DNA of 63,985 nt, filler included, from Lama guanicoe (GCA_013239625.1; 79 parts of 77 records of this genome joined end to end with filler, not necessarily neighbours in it); one strand, 5' to 3'; shown: positions 1-12,637, counted from the whole stretch's first letter. Numbers and translations are program-made. Notes: generated by a model not told the origin, from the sequence alone.

Positions 1-754
1 ATATACAAATATGAACACAGAATATAGAATATAGAAACAGAATACAGAAAAATGAATTTAGAACATGGAATGCAGAAGACAGAATTTAGAATATAGTGTA
101 CAGAATACTGAATATACAATTTAGAATATAGGATGTAGAACACAGAATAGAGAATAGAGAAAAGAGTATATAGAATCCAGAATTTAGAAAATGGAATNNN
201 NNNNNNNNNNNNNNNNNNNNNNNNNNNNNNNNNNNNNNNNNNNNNNNNNNNNNNNNNNNNNNNNNNNNNNNNNNNNNNNNNNNNNNNNNNNNNNNNNNNN
301 NNNNNNNNNNNNNNNNNNNNNNNNNNNNNNNNNNNNNNNNNNNNNNNNNNNNNNNNNNNNNNNNNNNNNNNNNNNNNNNNNNNNNNNNNNNNNNNNNNNN
401 NNNNNNNNNNNNNNNNNNNNNNNNNNNNNNNNNNNNNNNNNNNNNNNNNNNNNNNNNAACAGAATATAGAATATAGGATAAGGAATGCAGAATAGAGAAT
501 AGAGAAATTAGTATTTAGAAAACAGAATATAGAATATGGAATACAGAATAAGAACACTGAATTTAGAACATGGTATGCAGAACACAATTTAGAATATAGA
601 ATACAGAATACTGAATATAGAATTTAGAATATAGAATGTAGAACACAGAATATATAATATAGAATACTGAATGCAGTACATTTAATATAGAATTTAGAAT
701 GTATGACACAAAATGTAGAATATAGAATAGAGAATATAGAAGCCAGAATTAGGA
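1..754 (+). repeat. Satellite A (degenerate AGAATAT heptamer array)
   Basis: Continuous AGAATAT/AGAATGT/AGAACAC/AGAATTT/GGAATGC variants; internal gap 198-457. Confidence 0.95.
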
Positions 755-854
755 NNNNNNNNNNNNNNNNNNNNNNNNNNNNNNNNNNNNNNNNNNNNTT
801 AATTAATTAANNNNNNNNNNNNNNNNNNNNNNNNNNNNNNNNNNNNNNNNNNNN
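755..854. other. Artificial scaffold linker N44-TTAATTAATTAA-N44 (first of about 78; last core at 63838-63849)
   Basis: Identical 100-bp structure each time. The palindromic core places stop codons in all six frames, and flanking sequences are unrelated. Confidence 0.97.
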
Positions 855-1525
855 ATAGAAAAGTGGATATAAAATTTAGCATATAGAATGTAGAACACAG
901 TATGCAGAATATAGAATATGGAGGGCAGAATATAGAATGTAGAAAATAGAATGAAGAACACAGAGTATAGTATATATAAAAGAGAATATACAATACAGAA
1001 TTTAAAAATAGGATGCAGAACACAGAATTTAGAATATAAAATACAGAATACTGAATATAAGACTTAGAATATAGAATGTAGAACACAGAATATTGAATAT
1101 AGAATACGGAATGCAGAATATTGAATACACAATATACAATGTAGAACAAAGAATATAGAATATGGATAACAAAATACAGAACCCAGAAATTAGAACATGG
1201 ATTGAAGAAACAGAATTTAGAATATAGAATACAGAATACTGACTATAGAATTTAGAACATAGAATGCAGAACACAGAATTTAGAATATAGAATACAGAAT
1301 CCTGAATATAGAATTTAGAACATGGAATGCAGAACACAGTATTGAGAATATAGAATACGCAATGCAGAATATAGAATGTAGAATATAGAATTAAGAACAC
1401 AAAATATAGAATATATAAAAACTACCCAGAATTAAGACATGAAATGCAGAACAAAGAATTAGAAAATACAATACAGAATACTGACTATAGAATTAAGAAT
1501 ATCGAATGTAGAACATAGAATATAG
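855..1525 (+). repeat. Satellite A
   Basis: Same heptamer variants, e.g. AGAACATGGAATGCAGAACACAGAATTTAGAATAT. Confidence 0.95.
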
Positions 1526-1625
1526 NNNNNNNNNNNNNNNNNNNNNNNNNNNNNNNNNNNNNNNNNNNNTTAATTAATTAANNNNNNNNNNNNNNNNNNN
1601 NNNNNNNNNNNNNNNNNNNNNNNNN

Positions 1626-1870
1626 ATTCCCATATGAATTGTAGCAGCAGATAGTCAGTTTCTGCAGAGGAACCTGCTGGGATTGTGATTGAGTCCACGT
1701 TGAATATATGGATCGCTCTGGGGAGCACTGCCATCCCAGGAATGTTGTCATTTGATCCAGGAATGTGCTTGGTGTGTCTGTCCAGGTATTTAGGTCTTCT
1801 TTAATTTTTTTTCAGCATTGCATAGAGTTTACATTGGATTATTTTACTATATTTTTTGCCTTTATACTGA
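1626..1870 (-). mobile_element. Old LINE-1 ORF2 fragment (antisense, decayed)
   Basis: ATTCCCATATGAATT...GGGATTGTGATTG...TTGAATATATGGATCGCTCTGGGGAG resembles antisense L1 ORF2 by eye. Confidence 0.5.
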
Positions 1871-2337
1871 GGACAAGTGTGCAAGGTACCGGGATCAGAA
1901 GTGTATTGGAGCTCCGCAGCTTGCTGCCACCATGGACGCTGTGCTCTTGCTTCGCCCACTGTACAATGTTGCACAAAATAGGACCTAAGTAACTCTCTCT
2001 TGAAAGAATGATTATATGATTGCTGGATGATGCTTGAGAGTCCTTGTGATGATGTCTTTTTCCCAGAATTTCCCCTCTCCTTAACTATGTCCTTTCTCTT
2101 CCTTTCCTCCAGCCTGTGTTTCAGCCTGCCTGTGGCATTGATTTTCCTTGTCTGTGGACTCTTCCTTTCACTATTCGTGATAATGTTACATGTGAGTTGT
2201 GGAAACTTGCTAGATGTCAAGAAAGAGCAAATCCATTGTATGCTAATATGTTTAGAGTATGTTATTGTATTATCGATTGAAATTAAATCAGGCTGACCCA
2301 TTGAGCCATCCCCTGAGCTCTTTTTGCCTTCCTACAG

Positions 2338-2394
2338 GTGATACTGCTCTCGTTGCTACATGTGCCTTTCCCCCAGACTTGGTTTTGGAGTTGA
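2338..2394 (+). other. Candidate 57-bp internal exon of an unidentified gene
   Basis: GGCTGAC branch-like motif, polypyrimidine tract and CCTACAG acceptor, GTAAGT donor at 2395; open in phase 1 (xDTALVATCAFPPDLVLEL). Confidence 0.4.
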
Positions 2395-2839
2395 GTAAGT
2401 CACCATCACTGGAAACCTCTCTTTAAATGATGAAGAGAATATTTGCTATTTCTCCCTGTTTGGGGACTTGGATGAGATGAGGCAACAGANNNNNNNNNNN
2501 NNNNNNNNNNNNNNNNNNNNNNNNNNNNNNNNNTTAATTAATTAANNNNNNNNNNNNNNNNNNNNNNNNNNNNNNNNNNNNNNNNNNNNGCGCAGGGAAT
2601 GCGGATGCCGGGCCGTTGGGCTGTGCTCAGGCCCGGTGGGGCATTCTCCTAAGGGCAGTGGACCGTCATTGACAGATTTTATGTAGGGGAGTGGGGTGCT
2701 CTCGTAGGTCACTTTTGTCTTGTAGAATGCTTAGAAACATTTAGAAAGCTCGGCAGGAGATGATGTGATGAGTCGGAGTACGGTGTCTGCGAGGTGTAGC
2801 AGTGTTCAGTTTTCAAGTGATTTTCAGTCCCAGGTATGT

Positions 2840-3030
2840 GGCTCAGTAGCCGTGTCACTTTGGATGATGCACTTAAGGAAGTGAAACAATTTACCTAATC
2901 AATTGAAGCAATGATGTACCGACTTCCCAGGACTGCTGTGGAAATCCAGTGAGATAACGTGTGCACAGTGTGCAGTGTGGTCCGCAGCACAGAGTCAGTG
3001 CTGAGTGAGTGCCATTGAGTACCTGGTAGG
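2840..3030 (+). mobile_element. MIR SINE relic
   Basis: CAGGACTGCTGTGGAAATCCAGTGAGATAACGTGTGCACAGTG resembles the MIR core. Confidence 0.55.
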
Positions 3031-3776
3031 TCAGGTGTGGGTGGTGGGACTTGGTGACTGAGGATATCTGGGCCCTNNNNNNNNNNNNNNNNNNNNNNNN
3101 NNNNNNNNNNNNNNNNNNNNNNNNNNNNNNNNNNNNNNNNNNNNNNNNNNNNNNNNNNNNNNNNNNNNNNNNNNNNNNNNNNNNNNNNNNNNNNNNNNNN
3201 NNNNNNNNNNNNNNNNNNNNNNNNNNNNNNNNNNNNNNNNNNNNNNNNNNNNNNNNNNNNNNNNNNNNNNNNNNNNNNNNNNNNNNNNNNNNNNNNNNNN
3301 NNNNNNNNNNNNNNNNNNNNNNNNNNNNNNNNNNNNNNNNNNNNNNNNNNNNNNNNNNNNNNNNNNNNNNNNNNNNNNNNNNNNNNNNNNNNNNNNNNNN
3401 NNNNNNNNNNNNNNNNNNNCACTTTGCTAAAACTTACAGAGATCACTTCACCGCCCTTCCCTGGGCTCAGGATCCACAGAAAAGAGCTGGTGATTCTCCC
3501 TCTTTTCCAGAAGAGGACACATTTAGCTGGTAGACTTCTATACCCCGCCAGACTTAGAATTTTAGTTTGTTGGTTTAATTCTATTTTCTGTTGGCCATCT
3601 CCTGACAGGAGAGACGTTTTACCTCATGGTCAGGTTTCAATTAGCTGTTACTGAGAATTGCTGATCTGATCCATAGTGTATGTATTCTATTAACTTTGTA
3701 GAGTACTTATCATTTTTCTGTCTTTGCCCTTTAATTTTGTTTGCCCCTTCAATTTTCTATCCTATTTGGGGCCTTA

Positions 3777-3839
3777 ATTTATTTATTTATTTTTATTTTT
3801 TTTTATTTTTTACATTTTTATTGATTCATAATCATTTTA
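3777..3839 (-). mobile_element. LINE-1 3' end and A-tail
   Basis: Reverse complement matches the L1 terminus at 35334-35402 (TAAAATGATTAT.AATCAATAAAA..TGT-polyA). Confidence 0.7.
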
Positions 3840-3939
3840 NNNNNNNNNNNNNNNNNNNNNNNNNNNNNNNNNNNNNNNNNNNNTTAATTAATTAANNNNN
3901 NNNNNNNNNNNNNNNNNNNNNNNNNNNNNNNNNNNNNNN

Positions 3940-4636
3940 CTAGCCCGAAGTCGATTTTACAATGAAAACTGAATGAACTTCAAACTGGAGCTAGGAAACA
4001 ACTGAGAATCCAGATAAGTGGTTCAACTGCAACCCATTCCCTTCATCCTAGATGAACTAACGCTTCACCCCATGCTCAGTTCTGAGAGCAGACTCTGTGA
4101 ACACAGTTACTTTTGATTGGGGAAATACACTACATACGTATAAATGAGGAGGTACTAGTTCCAAGTCGGTTCAAAAGTGCAAAATGCATGAAGTTCAGTC
4201 CAGCACTAGTTAATATACTAAGAAACCAGAGTAAGTGTTTCTATTACTAACTATTCCCTTTATGCTATATGAATGAACGTCTCTACACATGCTCAATTCT
4301 GAGAGTTAAATGAGTGTGAGACCCGTGAGTAAGCTAACTTTTGGGAACACACAAATTCTTTTCAGTGGGAAACAACACTAAATAACTATATATGGGGAGG
4401 TACTAGTTCCAAATTGGTTTTACAGTTAAAACTGCATGAACTGCAAACCCAAAATAGGAAACATACTGAGAAAACAAAGTAAGTGTTTCTACCGCAAATC
4501 ATTCCCTTTAAGCTAGTTGACAGAATACCTCTCCACATGCTCAGTTCTGAGTGTTGAATAAGTGCGAATGTAAACTATAACTTAGCTTGTAGGGAAAACA
4601 CAGTTTCCTTTGAGTGGGGAAATACACTACATATAT
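3940..4636 (-). repeat. Diverged AT-enriched satellite B variant
   Basis: CATGCTCA(G/A)TTCTGAG at 4071, 4288 and 4536 (spacing 217 and 248); shares GAAACCAGAGTAAGTGTTTC with satellite B. Confidence 0.85.
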
Positions 4637-4736
4637 NNNNNNNNNNNNNNNNNNNNNNNNNNNNNNNNNNNNNNNNNNNNTTAATTAATTAANNNNNNNN
4701 NNNNNNNNNNNNNNNNNNNNNNNNNNNNNNNNNNNN

Positions 4737-5639
4737 GAAATAAATGTTTGAAGACATTGTATAGTGCATAATAGAAGAGCAAGTTTAAGAAGAATTTTGA
4801 AAAATAATAATAATAAAAATATTTTTAAAAATTTCAGAGATTTAAATAGGGGTATATATAATTGCCTAAGAAGTAAAAATTAAGAGGATAATTTAAAATG
4901 GAACAGGTAAAAACAGTTTGAAACTAAGGGTGATCAGTGTGTCCTGGATTCTGTAGGATTCTGTAATTTAATGTGATGTCTTTCTGTATTCATCCTGTTT
5001 TGGAAACTCAGCTTGCTTTTTCCAGAAGCCCTCCATTGGAGCCCTCATCTGTGCTGCTCCCAAGGCCTGTCGACAAGTAGATCACTCCTTCCCCCAATGC
5101 TTGTTCCAGAGCAGCTCTCTTTAGAGTGTGCTGGCTTGTCACTGCCCTAACTGATGCCTTAGTTAAATGTTTCAGAATGACCAGGCAGAAGTGGGCATCA
5201 CACCCTTTCCCAGCCACATGGTCAGGGGCTGCATTCCATCCCAAAAGGTGGGGGGCCACCAGCCCACTCAGGGTGCCATCTCTCCACTAATCTGTGCCCT
5301 GTCCGAGGTCTGGGCCAAAACCCAGCTCCGTGTTTGTCTTGGTGGAGCAAGTTTTCTGAGGAAATAGGACAGAAGTATCTTATCTGCCTCAGGCTGTAGA
5401 CAAGTCCCCATCTGGTGCTTGAGGCTGCTAAGTCCTTAGGAGTGAATGCAGATTTTGCTCTCACTGCTGCCTGGGTGCAAAGCAATAGAGGGTATGGTGG
5501 CTGCTGTTGAGCCCCAGCTCGCTTGTCCTAGAAACTTTTGTGGAATTTTAGAGGTTCAGAATGCACCTTTCCCCTCCCAGGACATGTCTGCCCTCTTGTT
5601 AAATGGAGGGCCAAGGATGTTCTGCCTGTGCACCAACAG
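4737..5639 (-). mobile_element. Interspersed repeat, probably LINE-1 5' region (antisense)
   Basis: Clearly homologous to 14331-14760 (CCTGTTTTGGAA.CTCA.CTTG...CTGTGCTGCTCCCA); the L1 assignment is inferred. Confidence 0.55.
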
Positions 5640-5739
5640 NNNNNNNNNNNNNNNNNNNNNNNNNNNNNNNNNNNNNNNNNNNNTTAATTAATTAANNNNN
5701 NNNNNNNNNNNNNNNNNNNNNNNNNNNNNNNNNNNNNNN

Positions 5740-6207
5740 AAAATAAAAAATCTCTGCAAACAAAAATTCAGACCCAAATATCTTCACTTTGGAATTTGAC
5801 CAAAAATAGAAAGAAAAATCCATACCACACTTCCTCAAGCTTTTCCAAAAGATTGATATGGAGAGAGTACACCCAAACTCACATCATAAAGCCAACATCA
5901 ACCTGATACCAAAACCAGACAAAGACACTATTCCAAAAGAAAACTATAGGCCAATATCATTGATAAACATAGATGTAAAAGTCTTTAAGGAAGTAAAACA
6001 GAATCCAACAACATGAAAAAAAAGATTATACACCATGGTCAATTTAGTTTCAACCCAGGAACGCAAAGATGGTTGAACATATACAAATCAATCCAATCAT
6101 TGTGATACACCATATCAACAACAGAGAGGACAATAAAACACATGATCATCTCAGTAGTTAAAGAAAAAGCATTTGATAAAATTTAACACCTATTTGCAAT
6201 AAAAGTT
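5740..6207 (+). mobile_element. LINE-1 ORF2 fragment (start of RT region), disrupted
   Basis: CCTGATACCAAAACCAGACAAAGACAC...AAAACTATAGGCCAATATCATTGATAAACATAGATG encodes LIPKPDKD and [11 protein letters not shown]. Confidence 0.92.
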
Positions 6208-7297
6208 NNNNNNNNNNNNNNNNNNNNNNNNNNNNNNNNNNNNNNNNNNNNTTAATTAATTAANNNNNNNNNNNNNNNNNNNNNNNNNNNNNNNNNNNNN
6301 NNNNNNNTGCTCAGAAATTATACCGTCAGCACCCCTGGGCTCCCATTGACTGGTTTATTATTAACCAAACTTATGACACACTGATGGAAGAAAACCAGAA
6401 ATTTAACTTATTAATGTAACAGGAAATGTGAAACTATAAACCAGACTGAAATATCAGAGTTCAACCATGAGTACAGTTTCTCCTCAACGGCCCAAACTCG
6501 GGCAGGCAGTCACATGGCAATNNNNNNNNNNNNNNNNNNNNNNNNNNNNNNNNNNNNNNNNNNNNNNNNNNNNNNNNNNNNNNNNNNNNNNNNNNNNNNN
6601 NNNNNNNNNNNNNNNNNNNNNNNNNNNNNNNNNNNNNNNNNNNNNNNNNNNNNNNNNNNNNNNNNNNNNNNNNNNNNNNNNNNNNNNNNNNNNNNNNNNN
6701 NNNNNNNNNNNNNNNNNNNNNNNNNNNNNNNNNNNNNNNNNNNNNNNNNNNNNNNNNNNNNNNNNNNNNNNNNNNNNNNNNNNNNNNNNNNNNNNNNNNN
6801 NNNNNNNNNNNNNNNNNNNNNNNNNNNNNNNNNNNNNNNNNNNNNNNNNNNNNNNNNNNNNNNNNNNNNNNNNNNNNNNNNNNNNNNNNNNNNNNNNNNN
6901 NNNNNNNNNNNTTGTGAAGATTGAAGGATTCATTTCTGTAAAACTCTCAGAAAAGAATGTAGCACATTTTTGGTGCCCAACAAATGTCAATTTAATAAGA
7001 AAATGATTTACGTCTCCCATCTGATCATCTTCTGTATTTCATGGCTAGTCTGAGTCCCAAAGGAAATCCTTATTTCCCCTCTTATAAACTCTTGGGGAGC
7101 ACCCTTCTCTTCCAGTCCACCACCTGTTTAAACTGAGGGAGGGGGTGCCTCCTCCCCACTCCTCTGGGCCATGGGTGACTGCTTCTCTTTTCACACCNNN
7201 NNNNNNNNNNNNNNNNNNNNNNNNNNNNNNNNNNNNNNNNNTTAATTAATTAANNNNNNNNNNNNNNNNNNNNNNNNNNNNNNNNNNNNNNNNNNNN

Positions 7298-7782
7298 TCC
7301 TTGACATCACCTTGAGTATTTCCTTTTGCATAATCATGGTTCCCTTTTTATATGTCAGCCAACCGTACCCTTTGGGTATATGTTTGTTTGTTTGATTTTT
7401 GTTGGTCTGCTTCTCGTTTGTTTTGCAATCACGTCAGGCCATGCATCTCTCCGTTCGCTTCAAACAGAGGGTCATATAAGCTGATTCACTTAAGATAGTG
7501 CTTCCAATCACCTATGATTTCCTGCTTCCCTCTCCCATCTTTAGGGTATTGATGTCCTCACTTCTTCTGGTCTTCGCCACTATTACTCTTCTTGCATTTC
7601 CAATAATGGTTTTCTTCTTTCCATTTCATCTTGCTGCTTTTCTATTCAGGGGAGAATTCACAACCTTCCTTGTAGGATAAGTTTCGAACTGCTGGATTCT
7701 GTTAAGTTTTGCCGATCTGTGGAATTCTCTAGCTCTGCCGTTATTAGAAAGGGCGTTCAGGTGGCCTAGGCTACCCTAGATG
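7298..7782 (-). mobile_element. Decayed LINE-1 ORF1 end / inter-ORF region (antisense)
   Basis: 7690-7782 resembles the reverse complement of the ORF1 C-terminal DNA at 45150-45240. Confidence 0.5.
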
Positions 7783-7882
7783 NNNNNNNNNNNNNNNNNN
7801 NNNNNNNNNNNNNNNNNNNNNNNNNNTTAATTAATTAANNNNNNNNNNNNNNNNNNNNNNNNNNNNNNNNNNNNNNNNNNNN

Positions 7883-9008
7883 CATTACATGGAATTCAGA
7901 ACACCGAATTTAGAATATAAAATACAGAATATATAATACAGAATGTAGAATAGAGACTATAGAACACAGAATGTAGAATATAGAATACAGAATGCAGAAC
8001 CCAGAATTTGGAACATGGAATGAAGAACACAGAATTTAGTATACAGAATTCAGAATATAGAATGTAGAATATATAATGTAGAACACAGTATATAAAATGC
8101 AGACTACANNNNNNNNNNNNNNNNNNNNNNNNNNNNNNNNNNNNNNNNNNNNNNNNNNNNNNNNNNNNNNNNNNNNNNNNNNNNNNNNNNNNNNNNNNNN
8201 NNNNNNNNNNNNNNNNNNNNNNNNNNNNNNNNNNNNNNNNNNNNNNNNNNNNNNNNNNNNNNNNNNGAAAAACACAGATCATAGAGTACAGTATACAAAA
8301 TATAGAATGTAGAATATTGAATTTAGAAAACAGAATAGAGAACTTAGAATATAGAATACAGAACCCAGAAATTAGAACACGGAATGCAGAAGAGAGATTT
8401 TATAAAAATAAAAAAAAATACACAATATACAATGAAGAATATAGAATGTAGAATAAAAAATATAGCATATAGAATACAGAATGCAGATCGCAGTATTTAG
8501 AACATGGAAATTAGAACACAGAATATAGAATATAGAATACGAAATAGAATGAAGAATATAGAATGTAGACACAGAATATAGAATATAGGATACAGAATAT
8601 TGAATGAAGAATACAGAATGTAGAACAAAGAATATAGAATAAAGAATTCAGAGTAAAGAACACAGCATTAAGAACATGCGAATTCAGAACACAGAGTTTA
8701 GAATATAGGTTACAATATACATAAAATAGAATGTAGAATACAGAATACATAATACATAATACAGAATATAGAATACAGAATGCAGAAACCAGAATTAACG
8801 ACATGGAATTCAGATCAAAGGATATAGAATACAGTGTAAAGTAATAAAATGTAGAAATTAGAATGTAGAACACTGAGTATAAAAATTAGATTTCAGAATA
8901 CATCACCCAGAATATAGAACATTGAATTCAGAACTAAGAATATAGAATATAGAATTCTGAATATAGAATGTAGAATACAGAATGTAGAACACAGAATATT
9001 GAATATAG
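7883..9008 (+). repeat. Satellite A
   Basis: AGAATAT heptamer variants throughout. Confidence 0.95.
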
Positions 9009-9108
9009 NNNNNNNNNNNNNNNNNNNNNNNNNNNNNNNNNNNNNNNNNNNNTTAATTAATTAANNNNNNNNNNNNNNNNNNNNNNNNNNNNNNNNNNNN
9101 NNNNNNNN

Positions 9109-9521
9109 GTTGCCTTTAGCCTAAAACCTACAGAAAAGCCTATTCTCGGGGCTCTGACCTTTAATGATGTTAGAACTTCTGCACTTATGCAGGGATGGCA
9201 AGTTGCAAAATAGAGAATAACCTTTGTTTTGTTGGAGATTTACAGGGACACCACAGCCTGACCCACATGGATGACTGCAAGAACAAAGAATGCCTGCAGC
9301 AAGAAGTTTGCACAGCCAACCACACTCCCTCCCCTTTTTAGCTTAAAAGGGGCCTGAATTCTGACTTGGGCAAGATGATTCTCCAGGACATTAGTCCCCC
9401 ATCTTCCTAGTCTGCCAGCTTTCTGAATAAAGTTACTATACCTTGCTCCAAAACCTTGTCTCCTGATATATATTTTTATCACTGTGTTGCAGCAAGCAGA
9501 ACAAATTTGGCCTCGGTAACA
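9109..9521 (+). mobile_element. Retroviral LTR 3' part, probably a solo LTR
   Basis: TATA-like TTAAAAG near 9343, AATAAA near 9426, ends CTCGGTAACA; no TGG-type primer-binding site follows. Confidence 0.65.
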
Positions 9522-10193
9522 GAACCAGCTTTGTCATTCCGTCTGATGTGAAATCTCTCTGGGTGTACACGTGGTTGCCTGCTGCTGGTGGTGGTGATGG
9601 TGGTAGGCAAAAATATTTCACTTCTCCTGATTTCAATAGGCTAAAATTTCCTGCTATTTAAGTCAACTCTAGACTTTTACAGGATCACCTGCAGATGTGC
9701 TTCTGGAAGCTAGAAAAATTCCAACAATGAAAATAATTGTAGTGTCTCCAGACAAGATACTTTTCCTCAAAATTGAGTAACTGTGAGACACACTTCAGGA
9801 GTAAAGATAGAGGCAGTGTGCTTCATTTCCCATGTTGTTCCAACACAATTTTCCAGTTATATCAAAGTAAATTAAAATCGGTCTTCAATAGCAGATGCTC
9901 TGGCATGATACAACAATGTCAATTCCACTTATTTATTGAGCCAGAACAGCTTTAGAGTAAATAATTTTATACCAAATCCTGCTTGATGTCCTGTCTTCTC
10001 CCTGGTGGCTAATTCCTTCTTCTGTCTTCCTAAAAGTTCTCCTGTTATGGGAAGTTAGCCTTTACTGTGCACATTCAATTGAGAAGACACAAANNNNNNN
10101 NNNNNNNNNNNNNNNNNNNNNNNNNNNNNNNNNNNNNTTAATTAATTAANNNNNNNNNNNNNNNNNNNNNNNNNNNNNNNNNNNNNNNNNNNN

Positions 10194-10608
10194 ACTTGTG
10201 GTTGCCAAGGGGGCAGAGGATGGGAAGGGACAGAGTGGGATTCTAAAATGTAGAATAGATAAACAAGATCTTACTGTATAGCACAGGGAAATATATACAA
10301 GATCTTGTGGTAGCTCACAGTGAAAAAAAAATGTGACAATGAATATACATATGTTCATGTATGACTGAAGAATTGTGCTCTACACTGGAATTTGACACAA
10401 CATTGTAATTACTATTACTCAATTAAAAAATGTTTAAAAAAGTTGTGGTATATTTATACAATGGAATGCTGCTCAATGAGAAATGCTGCTCAAAAAACAA
10501 ATAAAATAATGCAATTTGCAGCAACATGGATGGACCTGGAGATCGTCATTCCAAGTGAAGTAAACTGGAAAGAGAAAGAACAATACCATAGGATATCATT
10601 CAATTCAT
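10194..10608 (+). mobile_element. LINE-1 3' terminus (10194-10440) abutting a second L1 ORF2-end/3'UTR piece (10441-10608)
   Basis: ACTGTATAGCACAGGGAA...TTGACACAACATTGTAA + A-tail, then TGTGGTATATTTATACAATGGAAT...GCAGCAACATGGATGGACCTGGAG. Confidence 0.9.
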
Positions 10609-12637
10609 NNNNNNNNNNNNNNNNNNNNNNNNNNNNNNNNNNNNNNNNNNNNTTAATTAATTAANNNNNNNNNNNNNNNNNNNNNNNNNNNNNNNNNNNN
10701 NNNNNNNNGTTTTTCCTTTCCGATAAATGGTTCTGGAGATGCTAATATAAACTTTGATTAATTAATGTTAATTAGTTTGAATAACTGGAAAAAGTATCGT
10801 AAAAATATCGGAAAAAAAAAGATCAGGGCTTATCCCAAATGGATAAATAATTTATATATTTATTTTGAATGAGGTAAATAAAATGGATATTTTTGGATAC
10901 AAGGTTTTGATACAACACTATGTAAAGTTAAAAAAAAAAGGGGCCAAAGAGATCACCTACTGCCCCCCAACATTAAAGTTCAAACAAGTCCGTTTAATTA
11001 ACCACAGTTTAAAATATATGTATGTATAGACTGAAATACTTGAACAATGATTGGGACAACAGACCAATTAATCAAATTAAAAATTGAAAATGGCCTAAGC
11101 TCTTTAGGTGAAACTTGGGCATCCTAAAGACTTTTCTATAAAATTAGATACAATGCCCCCCCAAAAAAAGGCTTCTGGCACTCCTTCTAGAAATAAGAAT
11201 TATTGACTAAACCTAATAAATATAAAAATTAAAGGTATAAGATTTAATAAAATTGAGATAAAAGTTTGTAATTGAGATAAAGTAAAATTGGTATATTTAA
11301 ATGGTCTTTATATAAACCTTCTGCTTAATTATGTTGTGGGATAGATATATTTCAATGGAAAAACGATTCCCCTTCTTGGTATTATAAGGCTGGGCACATA
11401 TCTGTCCCTCAGAAAATATTAATTGAACAAAGTAAAGGAAACCAGTAGAGTTACATGAGCCGTTCAACATAATGTAAAACTGAAATCTAATATTCAGTGG
11501 CTAATAACAAATATAATAAAAGTTTTACCCTGGGTTTAACTTATAACTCAAGGAAAANNNNNNNNNNNNNNNNNNNNNNNNNNNNNNNNNNNNNNNNNNN
11601 NTTAATTAATTAANNNNNNNNNNNNNNNNNNNNNNNNNNNNNNNNNNNNNNNNNNNNAGCCAAGCATCTGCTGTGCACTCTTGTAACACTCAGCGCATCA
11701 CCTTCATTCCCATGTCTCCCGTCCACTTGAGAGTGTGCGTCCAAGTTAAAGAAAGTTTCACCTTTACTGCTCCATCAACAGGGCTCAGACCATGCACTGG
11801 TATCCATTGCCTGCTTTTCCTTCTCATTCTTCCAGGTGTTCTGAGGCCTCATCCTGTCTTTGGAAGTAACAGAACACTCTTCGGCAAGTGTCAAGTGCCA
11901 AGGGCTGGGTGAGTGGATGTTTCCATTGCTGTGTTAATGGGAGCGAGTGAGCGCAGGTTGCACTGCTTCTCTGTCAACTGGGCATCGATGAATCAACACT
12001 TTCCAGATACATTTCACAGAAATGTGATTTTTTTTTATCTCTTTGTTTCTATACAGCCGTGGTGGGAGGGATTGTCCGAAGACTCCAGTTTTGAAATTGT
12101 GTTGATATCTCATTTGCAGTCTTGAAAAATTTAATAGAATTTATAGAAATGTTTTGGGAGTTATACGAAAATGAAGTTAGTTTCTACTAAATCGACCTAG
12201 AAGCCAGACTTGTCAATTTCGGTAACATTTTGTCAGCTAAGGAAAACATAGACAGATAGAATGCAAACTAGCAGTCCGAACTGTTAAAGGGGTCATGTCA
12301 ACTCTTTACTGTTGAAGCCTCCGAAACAAACAGGAACAATGAAATAACTAACGGAAACATGAAATACCCCCAAGCTTGGATTCCCTTGTGCATGTGGTGC
12401 CCTTTACTCCCGATGACACCTACTGGTCAATGTTGGCATTTCAAGGTGTAACATTCCCCTCAAGGAAAATAGAAGAGGAAACGAACTTAACATATACATT
12501 TAGCTTTGAATCCAAAGAACCTAGAGGCATTATAGCTNNNNNNNNNNNNNNNNNNNNNNNNNNNNNNNNNNNNNNNNNNNNTTAATTAATTAANNNNNNN
12601 NNNNNNNNNNNNNNNNNNNNNNNNNNNNNNNNNNNNN

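Noticed and set aside
1801..2301. 166-aa gap-free ORF
   Set aside because: It partly overlaps decayed L1, has low-complexity K/R/E content from a pyrimidine tract, and shows no known motif.
10709..11557. AT-rich scaffold possibly from a decayed ERV internal region
   Set aside because: I could not identify a gag, protease or RT motif, so it is left unannotated.
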